This document shows, piece after piece, positions 7,687 to 14,009 of a DNA stretch of 15,704 bases. Numbering within the stretch: the stretch's first letter is position 1; each line of letters starts with the position of its first letter. The stretch lies in IMG/VR virus record IMGVR_UViG_2703718817_000007; one strand, 5' to 3'. Source of the stretch: a virus. Lineage: Duplodnaviria > Heunggongvirae > Uroviricota > Caudoviricetes. The position numbers and the translations under genes are program-made. The notes beneath the pieces were generated by a model that was given only the letters and a program-made list of their open reading frames with translations, did no database searches and was not told where the DNA came from.

Positions 7687-8628
7687 TTACCCCCTGAATC
7701 CTGCCGGGATCTGGCTGTAGTCCACGTTGTCGTAACTGGCTTTGAAGTACGCGTCTTCGCGTTTTTCGGTGTACGTGCTTACGGACGGCGATAAGCGCAG
7801 GGAAAGCTCATCCCATTTTTCCCGCAGCTTCGACGGGCTGAGCACGTTACGGCACCAGAACGGATCGCGGCTGACGCGGCTGTACATCTCGCAGATTTGT
7901 TTGTGAGTACGACCATCCTGCACACACATCAGGCGAATTTCGTTTGCCCAGGCTGTCCAGTTCGGTTCTTTGGGACGAACCACCTCGCCGTCACATTCGG
8001 CAGCCTGCTCGTACAGGGCGATGATTTTTTTCCAGAGCCACTGTGCGCAGGTCAAATCATCCTGCGTCCCCCACTGGCGCTTTTTAGGGCTGAATACAAC
8101 CGCATCAGGATGGCGAGTTAAAAAATCCTGTTCAGCCGTCTGCGTGTCCGGTTGCGAAGCGTCCGGACGAGAAGGTTTTTTATCTGACGGATCATGTTTT
8201 GATTTTACTGACGGATCCCCGCCAGATTCTGACGGGTGAAAACCCGCTTTTTTGCCAGATTTCGACGCATCAAATTTTGACGGGTCAGATTTTGATGCGT
8301 CAGATTTTGACGGGTCAGAATCTGACAGTTGAGAAAATGCCGCAGCCTGAAGCTTCGCAACGTTAAGCTGATAAACATTCGACGCATTGCGGTTACCCTG
8401 GCGACGCGCCTTACGCGTTAACCAGCCTTCTGCTTCCAGCCGTGCGATAGCCGTTCTGACTGTACTCATCCCCGCGCCAATCTGGCGGGCAATGGTTTCA
8501 ATCGATGGCCAGCACACACCTTCGTCATTACTGAAATCAGCCAGGCGGGCCATAATTGCCACGCTGGATAATTTCATGCCTGACGCTGCGCAACCATCCC
8601 ATACATAGCCGGTTAATTTAGTGCTCAT
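7687..8628 (-). CDS. Replication initiator (lambda O-like organisation: N-terminal winged-helix domain, repeat-encoded linker, C-terminal domain), 313 aa
   Basis: ORF track 7687..8628. N-terminus (..SSVAIMARLADFSNDEGVCWPSIETIARQIGAGMSTVRTAIARLEAEGWL..) is a typical replication-protein HTH; the middle is a low-complexity linker (SDSDPSKSDASKSDPSKFDASKSGKK..) encoded by tandem DNA repeats; the position after cro/cII matches O. Confidence 0.7.
   Translation of the reverse strand: MSTKLTGYVWDGCAASGMKLSSVAIMARLADFSNDEGVCWPSIETIARQIGAGMSTVRTAIARLEAEGWLTRKARRQGNRNASNVYQLNVAKLQAAAFSQLSDSDPSKSDASKSDPSKFDASKSGKKAGFHPSESGGDPSVKSKHDPSDKKPSRPDASQPDTQTAEQDFLTRHPDAVVFSPKKRQWGTQDDLTCAQWLWKKIIALYEQAAECDGEVVRPKEPNWTAWANEIRLMCVQDGRTHKQICEMYSRVSRDPFWCRNVLSPSKLREKWDELSLRLSPSVSTYTEKREDAYFKASYDNVDYSQIPAGFRG
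8181..8330. repeat. Iteron-like tandem repeats (about 8 copies, 15-bp period) inside the replication initiator gene; candidate origin
   Basis: Copies at 8223-8237 cagattctgacgggt, 8256-8270 cagatttcgacgcat, 8271-8285 caaattttgacgggt, 8286-8300 cagattttgatgcgt, 8301-8315 cagattttgacgggt, 8316-8330 cagaatctgacagtt, plus degenerate copies at 8181-8217 next to an AT-rich patch (8170-8215). Confidence 0.55.
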
Positions 8629-8976
8629 GACCGACCTCTATTTCCCTGAATTTACGACGAAACTGTTCGAGCGGACTGAAGCACTCATGCTCATAGCCTT
8701 CGCGGAGGTAGATAACCCGTTGTGTTTCCGGTTCCCAACGAATGACTCTGACGGGCACTCCGTAGTGATCTTTGAACCAGCGGTTAACTTGTCGCAAAGG
8801 ACTGTCTCCTTCTGCCGGTTGAAATCCCCCACAGCCCACTCTGCAAAGCTGTGGGTTACAATTTCCCTGTCACCTGGTACATTCACTGCATAGCAATATT
8901 CCACCTTCGCTTTTCCACCCGGTACAGGAAGCGCAATCAGTTGCGAGCGACGGTAGTGTGTTGTTAAACTGTTCAT
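8618..8976 (-). CDS. Hypothetical small gene between the cII-position gene and the replication gene; apparently split across two frames (possible -1 frameshift, 1-nt indel, or two overlapping ORFs)
   Basis: Frame A (8638..8976) starts with an ATG overlapping the upstream stop (ATGA at 8973-8976) but its C-terminal half is Ser/Thr-rich and low complexity. Frame B (8618..8839) has globular-looking composition (..[49 protein letters not shown]..) and its stop overlaps the replication gene start. The frames meet at a C5/G5 run (8826-8830). Confidence 0.4.
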
Positions 8977-9542
8977 GCGTTAGTTTCTCCACAACCAGAA
9001 GCAATCGACGCCACGACGCCCGGAGCTGCACACTCGCGGGCGTCATTACTTTCTGAAATGCAAAAAATTTTGTAGACAAGTGCTGCATGCTCCTGCAGCT
9101 TCGAAATTGAGAGATACAGCTCGTCGTTAATTGCTGTCTTCTCATGCGGTTCCACTACACCGTCTTCGATTGCTGAACGAATCTGTTTTGAATAACTGCC
9201 GATCTGTTCAATGACTTCCAGCAGACGCTGGTTAATATCGGCGTTGTCCACATCCTCGACGTCAGGAAGAGACACAAAGACGCCATTTGCAGACTGCGCC
9301 ACAGCATCAGCAATGAAATGAGTGCCACCAGCACGCTGTAAAACCATTGCCCATCCCAGCGGGAAAATCTGATCGCCATCTGCACGAAGGCGGTTGAATA
9401 AAGCGTTTTCTGTTACATCGAGCCAGTCAGCCGCTTCAGCGTAACCACCCGGCAACGCCGCGATAGTTTTTCTGACAGCTTTCACGTACCACTCAGGCTG
9501 TTTTTCTATTTTCCAGTGATGCTTACCCACGATTAGCCTCAT
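8973..9542 (-). CDS. cII-position regulatory protein (HTH-containing; resembles the phage CII / CP76-type family by architecture), 189 aa
   Basis: ORF track 8973..9542. Directly downstream of cro; HTH-like segment [21 protein letters not shown]. Family assignment is from recollection of 186-CII-like proteins and is uncertain. Confidence 0.45.
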   Translation of the reverse strand: MRLIVGKHHWKIEKQPEWYVKAVRKTIAALPGGYAEAADWLDVTENALFNRLRADGDQIFPLGWAMVLQRAGGTHFIADAVAQSANGVFVSLPDVEDVDNADINQRLLEVIEQIGSYSKQIRSAIEDGVVEPHEKTAINDELYLSISKLQEHAALVYKIFCISESNDARECAAPGVVASIASGCGETNA

Positions 9543-9573
9543 CGTTCTGTGGTTAAAAATTGAAAGTGTTCTG

Positions 9574-9774
9574 CTAATCTTTCGGATAGATATCCGGTCT
9601 TAAGTCAGATTTCGTAATTGCACCTGACGTGCATTGCTCAAGTTTTTTAGCCAGCACAAAACTGGCTTTTTTATAGCCATTGAAAACCAGCCGTAAGTAG
9701 CCAGGTGTTGAGCCAACTTTTCCGGCCAACTCGCCCTGCTGTTCTTTGGTTAAAGAGTCCCAATACGCTTTCAT
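9574..9774 (-). CDS. cro: Cro-like HTH repressor (YdaS/Cro-type), 66 aa
   Basis: Internal ATG at 9772-9774 of the long ORF 9574..10077, preceded by GGAGGT; product MKAYWDSLTKEQQGELAGKVGSTPGYLRLVFNGYKKASFVLAKKLEQCTSGAITKSDLRPDIYPKD. The upstream 300 nt of the long ORF is antisense to cI and is rejected. Divergent from cI across the operator region. Confidence 0.7.
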   Translation of the reverse strand: MKAYWDSLTKEQQGELAGKVGSTPGYLRLVFNGYKKASFVLAKKLEQCTSGAITKSDLRPDIYPKD

Positions 9775-9777
9775 ACA

Positions 9778-9864
9778 ATATGTACCTCCGGTATACATAT
9801 TACATGATTGAAATGAACCTTCAAGATACTTGTACCTTAACGGTACAAGGGTTTTAATTTCGTT
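9778..9864. promoter_or_regulatory. Immunity-switch operator/promoter region (OR): palindromic operators with divergent pR-like and pRM-like promoters
   Basis: Perfect palindrome CTTGTACC-N5-GGTACAAG at 9829-9849; imperfect ATATGTACC-tcc-GGTATACATAT at 9778-9800. Minus-strand promoter TTGAAG (9819-9824) -16- TAATAT (9797-9802) feeds cro. On the plus strand a TTTAAT-like -10 at 9852-9858 sits about 7 nt before the cI ATG, suggesting a leaderless cI mRNA. Confidence 0.6.
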
Positions 9865-10539
9865 ATGAAAACAATCCATGACATCCGGCGGTCTAACGCC
9901 AGAAAACTGAGAGATGGTGTTGGCGGGAATTCTTCCTTTGCCACTATGATTGATCGCGAGCCAACCCAGACCAGCAGGTTTATGGGAGATGGTGCTACTA
10001 AAAATATCGGTGACAGCATGGCACGACACATCGAAAAATGTTTCGACCTGCCTGTCGGATGGCTCGATCAAGAACACCAGACAACGAACATCACAAAAAA
10101 ACCTGATGTTTCAATCACTAATAAACAAATCACATTAGTCCCTGTCATATCATGGGTACAGGCCGGAGCATGGAAAGAAGTTGGATATTCTGAGGTTGAT
10201 TTGAGCACAGCAGAAACGTATCCCTGCCCTGTACCCTGTGGGGAAATGACTTATATCTTGCGGGTGATAGGTGATTCAATGATTGATGAGTACCGCCCGG
10301 GAGACATGATTTTTGTCGATCCTGAAGTACCTGCCTGCCACGGTGACGACGTTATTGCATTGATGCACGATACAGGTGAAACCACCTTCAAAAGGTTGAT
10401 AGAAGATGGGACACAGCGTTATCTCAAAGCGTTAAACCCAAACTGGCCTGAGCCTTACATTAAGATCAACGGTAATTGCTCTATAATTGGAACTGTGATT
10501 TTCTCAGGAAAACCAAGAAGATACAAAATCAAAGCCTAA
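9865..10539 (+). CDS. cI: CI-type prophage repressor (N-terminal HTH plus C-terminal LexA-like S24 peptidase domain), 224 aa
   Basis: ORF track 9865..10539, ATG start. C-terminal domain has GDSM (Ser nucleophile), ..TFKRLI.. (Lys) and VQAG linker motifs as in lambda cI/LexA. Confidence 0.85.
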   Translation: MKTIHDIRRSNARKLRDGVGGNSSFATMIDREPTQTSRFMGDGATKNIGDSMARHIEKCFDLPVGWLDQEHQTTNITKKPDVSITNKQITLVPVISWVQAGAWKEVGYSEVDLSTAETYPCPVPCGEMTYILRVIGDSMIDEYRPGDMIFVDPEVPACHGDDVIALMHDTGETTFKRLIEDGTQRYLKALNPNWPEPYIKINGNCSIIGTVIFSGKPRRYKIKA

Positions 10540-10551
10540 TCAATGTTTATG

Positions 10552-10576
10552 AACCTGCTTCGGCAGGTTTTTTTAT
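10552..10576 (+). terminator. Intrinsic terminator after cI
   Basis: Stem aacctgc (10552-10558) / gcaggtt (10563-10569), loop ttcg, followed by tttttat (10570-10576); 13 nt after the cI stop. Confidence 0.7.
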
Positions 10577-10578
10577 AC

Positions 10579-10610
10579 TTGACAATGTACCTTTGGGATA
10601 CATAATGTAC
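10579..10610 (+). promoter_or_regulatory. Strong sigma70-like promoter with embedded operator half-sites; candidate pL/OL
   Basis: TTGACA (10579-10584) -16 nt- CATAAT (10601-10606). ATGTACC at 10585-10591 and 10604-10610 with GGATACAT between them resemble the OR half-sites (TTGTACC/ATGTACC). Confidence 0.5.
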
Positions 10611-10690
10611 CCAAGAGAAACAACAAACAGGCAGGACGCCCACGAAGTAGCCGCCTGGAGCATATGAAGTCTAGGATGATTCATTAGCAA

Positions 10691-10718
10691 CAAAAAAGCG
10701 CCCTACAGGACGCTTAGC
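10691..10718 (-). terminator. Intrinsic terminator for the minus-strand moron gene
   Basis: On the minus strand: aagcgucc / gggcgcuu stem (one G-U pair), loop ugua, followed by uuuuguug. The plus strand has an A-run before it, so it should not stop plus-strand transcription. Confidence 0.5.
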
Positions 10719-10728
10719 TCTTTAACAA
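10717..10728 (+). promoter_or_regulatory. boxA-like element (exact match to the rrn boxA core GCTCTTTAACAA), about 105 nt downstream of the pL-like promoter
   Basis: gctctttaacaa at 10717-10728 on the plus strand; followed by a 6-bp hairpin gcaatc-taca-gattgc at 10749-10764 (boxB-like position). May alternatively be part of the cassette boundary repeat. Confidence 0.4.
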
Positions 10729-10747
10729 TCTGGATATCCACAACAGT
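10726..10747. repeat. Left arm of an inverted repeat bracketing the moron gene
   Basis: caatctggatatccacaacagt; core aatctggatatcc is the exact reverse complement of 11294-11306 (ggatatccagatt), with extended similarity (..caaca..) beyond the core. Confidence 0.6.
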
Positions 10748-10753
10748 AGCAAT

Positions 10754-11245
10754 CTACAGATTGCCGTTAAGTTTTCTGGACAACTCCTCAATGGATGGAG
10801 GCGATACGTAATCCGGATTTTTATTCATCAGAAACTTATTTTCACAGTGGAGGCACCTGCTTTTATGAAAAAGCTCATCTTCGCTAACCGGGAATGGTTG
10901 AAGTATCGATACTATCTTTTGTCCAAAACATTTTGGGCAAAGATGCATGGTTATGCTGCCACCGTTCACGATTACCTCCTTCGAGTATACAAAAGTACCC
11001 GACTCAAGTTGGTTAAGGATATAGCCTTCCGTCTGAGCCTCAAAGTTTTCGAATTCTGCAATTTTAGCTTTGAGAGAAGCATTTATTTCTTGATAAGAGC
11101 CCACCAGTTCAACGAGAGACACGCATTCGCGCTGAATAGACGCAAGCTTTGAGTTCAGCTCACCAATAGCCGCATTTACTTCAGCTTGAGTTTTTGCCTC
11201 GTTCATTAGTTTTGCAATCTGGGCTGTTTCACGAATAGCCGTCAT
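10754..11245 (-). CDS. AT-rich moron gene: hypothetical protein with N-terminal coiled-coil-like region and C-terminal CxxC..CxxC zinc-ribbon, about 163 aa
   Basis: ORF track gives 10754..11533, but the first 96 codons are Arg/Pro-rich GC-rich sequence that overlaps the repeats and is unlikely to be coding; the ATG at 11243-11245 begins MTAIRETAQIAKLMNEAKTQAEVNAAIGELNSKLASIQ.. and ends ..HLCPKCFGQK..(24 aa)..CLHCENKF.. The ATG has no clear SD, so the start is uncertain. Base composition is clearly more AT-rich than flanking phage DNA. Confidence 0.5.
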   Translation of the reverse strand: MTAIRETAQIAKLMNEAKTQAEVNAAIGELNSKLASIQRECVSLVELVGSYQEINASLKAKIAEFENFEAQTEGYILNQLESGTFVYSKEVIVNGGSITMHLCPKCFGQKIVSILQPFPVSEDELFHKSRCLHCENKFLMNKNPDYVSPPSIEELSRKLNGNL

Positions 11246-11283
11246 TGCTGCCGTTAATTCAGCGATCACATTGAATACTCTTA

Positions 11284-11329
11284 TTGTTGTTGGGGATATC
11301 CAGATTAACCGAATCCTTGTTGTTGGGGA
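11284..11329. repeat. Right arm of the moron-bracketing inverted repeat plus a 13-bp direct repeat
   Basis: ttgttgttgggga occurs at 11284-11296 and again at 11317-11329; the first copy runs into ggatatccagatt (11294-11306), the reverse complement of 10727-10739. Confidence 0.6.
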
Positions 11330-11557
11330 ATAACCAGGTCCACCTCGCCTGATGTGGCTAAAAGCAGGCACATAACAGCTAAGTATTTTCAACCAGAGAG
11401 AATCCTTAGCGTTGTGGTGAATGCGGCTCAGCGCACGCGGGTTAAGGTTGAGGCTGACAGTCGACCTTCTGTGGATACCCACCCGCCTGGTGTGCAACCT
11501 TCGCCAGGCACCGGGAGGCACCCGGCACCACAACTTTATGCTGTGTGTAGTCCTGGC

Positions 11558-11592
11558 GGTACCAGTTTGTACCCTTGCTTCCGGCTGGTACC
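11558..11592. promoter_or_regulatory. Operator-like GGTACC palindromes upstream of the early-left operon
   Basis: GGTACCAGTTTGTACC at 11558-11573 (contains TTGTACC, the OR half-site) and GGTACC at 11587-11592. Confidence 0.35.
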
Positions 11593-11603
11593 GTCCTTTT
11601 TTG

Positions 11604-11690
11604 CAAAACAGAGAAGAGCATCACCGGACGACGGGCTCATAACCCAATCCATCCGGGCGGCTGCCACCGCAGGTGTTCTTCTCTGTTTTG
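11604..11690 (+). other. Large structured element: 14-bp perfect inverted repeat plus 4-bp extension enclosing a GC-rich loop of about 60 nt, 50 nt upstream of the yfdP-like start
   Basis: caaaacagagaaga (11604-11617) pairs with tcttctctgttttg (11677-11690); cacc (11622-11625) pairs with ggtg (11672-11675). Preceded by a T-run (11595-11602) but not followed by one on either strand, so it is not a canonical terminator. A second small hairpin gacc-ttgcag-ggtc lies at 11704-11717. Confidence 0.5.
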
Positions 11691-11739
11691 TGGAGAAACC
11701 AACCGACCTTGCAGGGTCGATATGATGAGGAGCAGCAAA

Positions 11740-12102
11740 ATGGCTAGCGAACGCAGTACTGATGTGCAGGCATTTATCGGGGAGCTGGACGGCGGCGTAT
11801 TTGAAACCAAAATCGGCGCAGTTCTCAGTGAGGTCGCTTCCGGTGTGATGAACACGAAAACCAAAGGGAAGGTCTCACTCAATCTGGAAATCGAACCGTT
11901 TGATGAGAACCGTGTGAAAATCAAACACAAACTCTCATATGTTCGCCCAACTAACCGCGGGAAAATTTCCGAAGAAGACACCACCGAAACGCCGATGTAT
12001 GTCAATCGCGGTGGTCGGCTGACTATTCTGCAGGAAGACCAGGGACAATTACTGACTCTTGCCGGTGAACCTGACGGAAAACTCCGCGCAGCAGGTCGTT
12101 AA
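11740..12102 (+). CDS. yfdP: YfdP-like hypothetical protein (first gene of the early-left operon), 120 aa
   Basis: ORF track 11575..12102 is the TTG-extended form; ATG at 11740 follows GAGGAG. Length and position (before a 274-aa gene) match CPS-53 yfdP as recalled. Confidence 0.55.
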   Translation: MASERSTDVQAFIGELDGGVFETKIGAVLSEVASGVMNTKTKGKVSLNLEIEPFDENRVKIKHKLSYVRPTNRGKISEEDTTETPMYVNRGGRLTILQEDQGQLLTLAGEPDGKLRAAGR

Positions 12103-12167
12103 TATCGTTCGTAATAAACTGATTATTTATCTCATCACTGAATATCTTTATATAGTGAGGACTTATT

Positions 12168-12992
12168 ATGTCTCAGAACTTAGACGCAACCGCAATTAAT
12201 CAAATCCATGCCCTTATTTCTGCTCAGGGTGTTAATGAAATTATCAGTAAGATTGGTGCCGATGCTGTGGCATTGCCTGAGAATTTCCGCATTCATGATC
12301 TGGAAAAATTTAATTTAAATCGCTTCCGTTTCCGTGGTGCACTTTCCACTGCCAGCATCGATGATTTTACCCGTTATTCTAAAGATCTTGCAGATGAAGG
12401 CACCCGCTGCTTTATCGATGCCGATAATATGCGTGCCGTCAGTGTGCTTAACCTGGGTACTATTGATGAGCCAGGTCACGCAGATAACACTGCCACTCTC
12501 AAACTGAAAAAGACAGCACCGTTCTCTGCTCTGTTGTCTGTTAACGGCGAGCGTAACTCCCAGAAGTCACTTGCAGAATGGATCGAAGACTGGGCCGACT
12601 ACCTTGTGGGCTTTGATGCTAATGGTGACGCTATTCAGGCAACAAAAGCGGCTGCGGCAGTCCGTAAAATCACGATTGAAGCAAACCAGACCGCTGATTT
12701 TGAAGATAATGACTTCAGCGGCAAACGCTCCCTGATGGAGTCTGTCGAAGCGAAGACCAAAGACATTATGCCAGTGGCATTTGAATTTAAATGCGTTCCG
12801 TTTGAAGGTCTGAAAGAACGTCCGTTTAAATTACGCCTCAGCATTATCACTGGCGATCGTCCTGTACTGGTTCTGCGCATTATTCAGCTGGAAGCGGTGC
12901 AGGAAGAAATGGCTAACGAATTTCGTGATCTGCTTGTTGAGAAATTCAAAGACAGCAAAGTAGAAACCTTTATTGGTACTTTCACCGCCTGA
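12168..12992 (+). CDS. yfdQ: YfdQ-like protein (DUF2303-type by recollection), 274 aa
   Basis: ORF track 12168..12992, ATG with GAGGA SD. Length identical to K-12 YfdQ; gene order matches CPS-53. Confidence 0.6.
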   Translation: MSQNLDATAINQIHALISAQGVNEIISKIGADAVALPENFRIHDLEKFNLNRFRFRGALSTASIDDFTRYSKDLADEGTRCFIDADNMRAVSVLNLGTIDEPGHADNTATLKLKKTAPFSALLSVNGERNSQKSLAEWIEDWADYLVGFDANGDAIQATKAAAAVRKITIEANQTADFEDNDFSGKRSLMESVEAKTKDIMPVAFEFKCVPFEGLKERPFKLRLSIITGDRPVLVLRIIQLEAVQEEMANEFRDLLVEKFKDSKVETFIGTFTA

Positions 12993-13004
12993 TTTCATTA
13001 CTGC

Positions 13005-13030
13005 AAATGCCCCTGCGGGGGCATTTATGG
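13005..13030 (+). terminator. Terminator-like hairpin between the yfdQ-like and yfdR-like genes (weak)
   Basis: aaatgcccc (13005-13013) / ggggcattt (13018-13026), loop tgcg; the downstream tail is short (auuuaugg). Confidence 0.35.
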
Positions 13031-13119
13031 AAACGTAATTAACTCAATAATCACCGGATGGTGAGGGCTTCCTTTTACCAGAATTCAGCGCGGTGCAGTG
13101 CATATACGTGGAGAACAAA

Positions 13120-13656
13120 ATGTCATTTATTAAAACTTTTTCCGGGAAGCATTTTTATTATGACAAGATAAATAAAGACGACATCGATATTAACGATATC
13201 GCGGTTTCCCTTTCAAATATCTGTCGCTTTGCCGGTCATCTTTCGCACTTCTACAGCGTCGCCCAACATGCGGTTCTTTGCAGCCAGCTGGTGCCGCAGG
13301 AATTTGCTTTTGAAGCGTTAATGCATGATGCAACAGAAGCGTATTGCCAGGACATTCCCGCACCACTGAAACGCCTTCTTCCTGACTATAAACGGATGGA
13401 AGAAAAAATAGACGCCGTAATCCGTGAGAAATACGGGTTACCCCCAGTTATGAGTACACCCGTGAAATATGCCGATCTCATCATGCTGGCAACCGAACGC
13501 CGCGATCTCGGGCTTGATGATGGCTCTTTCTGGCCTGTACTGGAAGGCATCCCGGCAACAGAGATGTTCAACGTGATTCCACTGGCACCGGGTCATGCCT
13601 ACGGGATGTTTATGGAACGTTTTAACGATTTATCGGAGTTACGCAAATGCGCATGA
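13120..13656 (+). CDS. yfdR: HD-domain phosphohydrolase (YfdR-like 5'-deoxynucleotidase), 178 aa
   Basis: ORF track 13093..13656 is the GTG-extended form; ATG at 13120 follows GGAGAA. His-Asp signature (H..ALMHDATEAY) and length equal to K-12 YfdR. Confidence 0.7.
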   Translation: MSFIKTFSGKHFYYDKINKDDIDINDIAVSLSNICRFAGHLSHFYSVAQHAVLCSQLVPQEFAFEALMHDATEAYCQDIPAPLKRLLPDYKRMEEKIDAVIREKYGLPPVMSTPVKYADLIMLATERRDLGLDDGSFWPVLEGIPATEMFNVIPLAPGHAYGMFMERFNDLSELRKCA

Positions 13657-14009
13657 ATGTTTTCGAAATGGAAGGGTTTCTTCGCGGGAAATGTGTACCG
13701 CGAGATCTGAAAGTGAATGAAACAAATGCTGAGTACCTGTTACGTAAATTCGACGCGCTTGAAGCTAAATGTGCGGCACTGGAAAACAAAATAATACCAG
13801 TGTCAGCTGAACTGCCACCAGCAAATGAAAGTGTTCTGTTATTTGATGCTAATGGAGAAGGCTGGCTGATTGGCTGGCGTTCTCTCTGGTACACCTGGGG
13901 ACAAAAAGAAACCGGAGAATGGCAGTGGACATTTCAGGTCGGGGACCTTGAAAACGTCAATATCACTCACTGGGCAGTAATGCCAAAAGCACCGGAGGCT
14001 GGAGCATAA
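13647..14009 (+). CDS. yfdS: YfdS-like hypothetical protein, 120 aa
   Basis: ORF track 13647..14009; overlaps the yfdR-like stop; length equals K-12 YfdS. An alternative ATG at 13653 gives an ATGA overlap. Confidence 0.6.
   Translation: MRMNVFEMEGFLRGKCVPRDLKVNETNAEYLLRKFDALEAKCAALENKIIPVSAELPPANESVLLFDANGEGWLIGWRSLWYTWGQKETGEWQWTFQVGDLENVNITHWAVMPKAPEAGA

Noticed and set aside
8205-8387. 60-aa minus-strand ORF with repetitive LTRQNL motifs
   Set aside because: It is the iteron repeats of the replication gene read in the wrong frame.
7153-8608. Multiple short plus-strand ORFs (61-90 aa) across the PerC-like and replication genes
   Set aside because: All are antisense to minus-strand genes that have recognisable domains and coupled starts.
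9574-10077. 167-aa minus-strand ORF from the ORF track
   Set aside because: Only the last 66 codons (from the ATG at 9774, with GGAGGT SD) form the Cro-like gene; the upstream 300 nt is antisense to the cI gene and results from extension to an upstream start codon.
10732-10739. GGATATCC palindrome after boxA as a boxB hairpin
   Set aside because: The palindrome has no loop and cannot form a stable hairpin on its own; it is better explained as the core of the inverted repeat bracketing the moron.
10847-11152. 101-aa basic plus-strand ORF downstream of the pL-like promoter and boxA, considered as an N-like antiterminator
   Set aside because: It is exactly antisense to the zinc-ribbon moron gene, is rich in Phe/Tyr/Leu rather than showing an arginine-rich motif, and its composition is what antisense translation of an Ala/Glu/Leu-rich coiled-coil gene produces.
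10754-11533. 259-aa minus-strand ORF from the ORF track
   Set aside because: The N-terminal 96 codons are Arg/Pro/Gly-rich, GC-rich and overlap the repeat elements; the coding part most likely starts at the ATG at 11245 (about 163 aa).
11354-11725. Plus-strand ORFs in the GC-rich non-coding stretch (123 aa at 11354..11725; Arg-rich 73 aa at 11421..11642), considered as possible N-like proteins
   Set aside because: Pro/Gly/Arg-rich low-complexity products, no usable ribosome-binding site (GGTGA directly abuts the ATG at 11421), and overlap with the inverted-repeat structure; judged non-coding, though an N-like function is not fully excluded.
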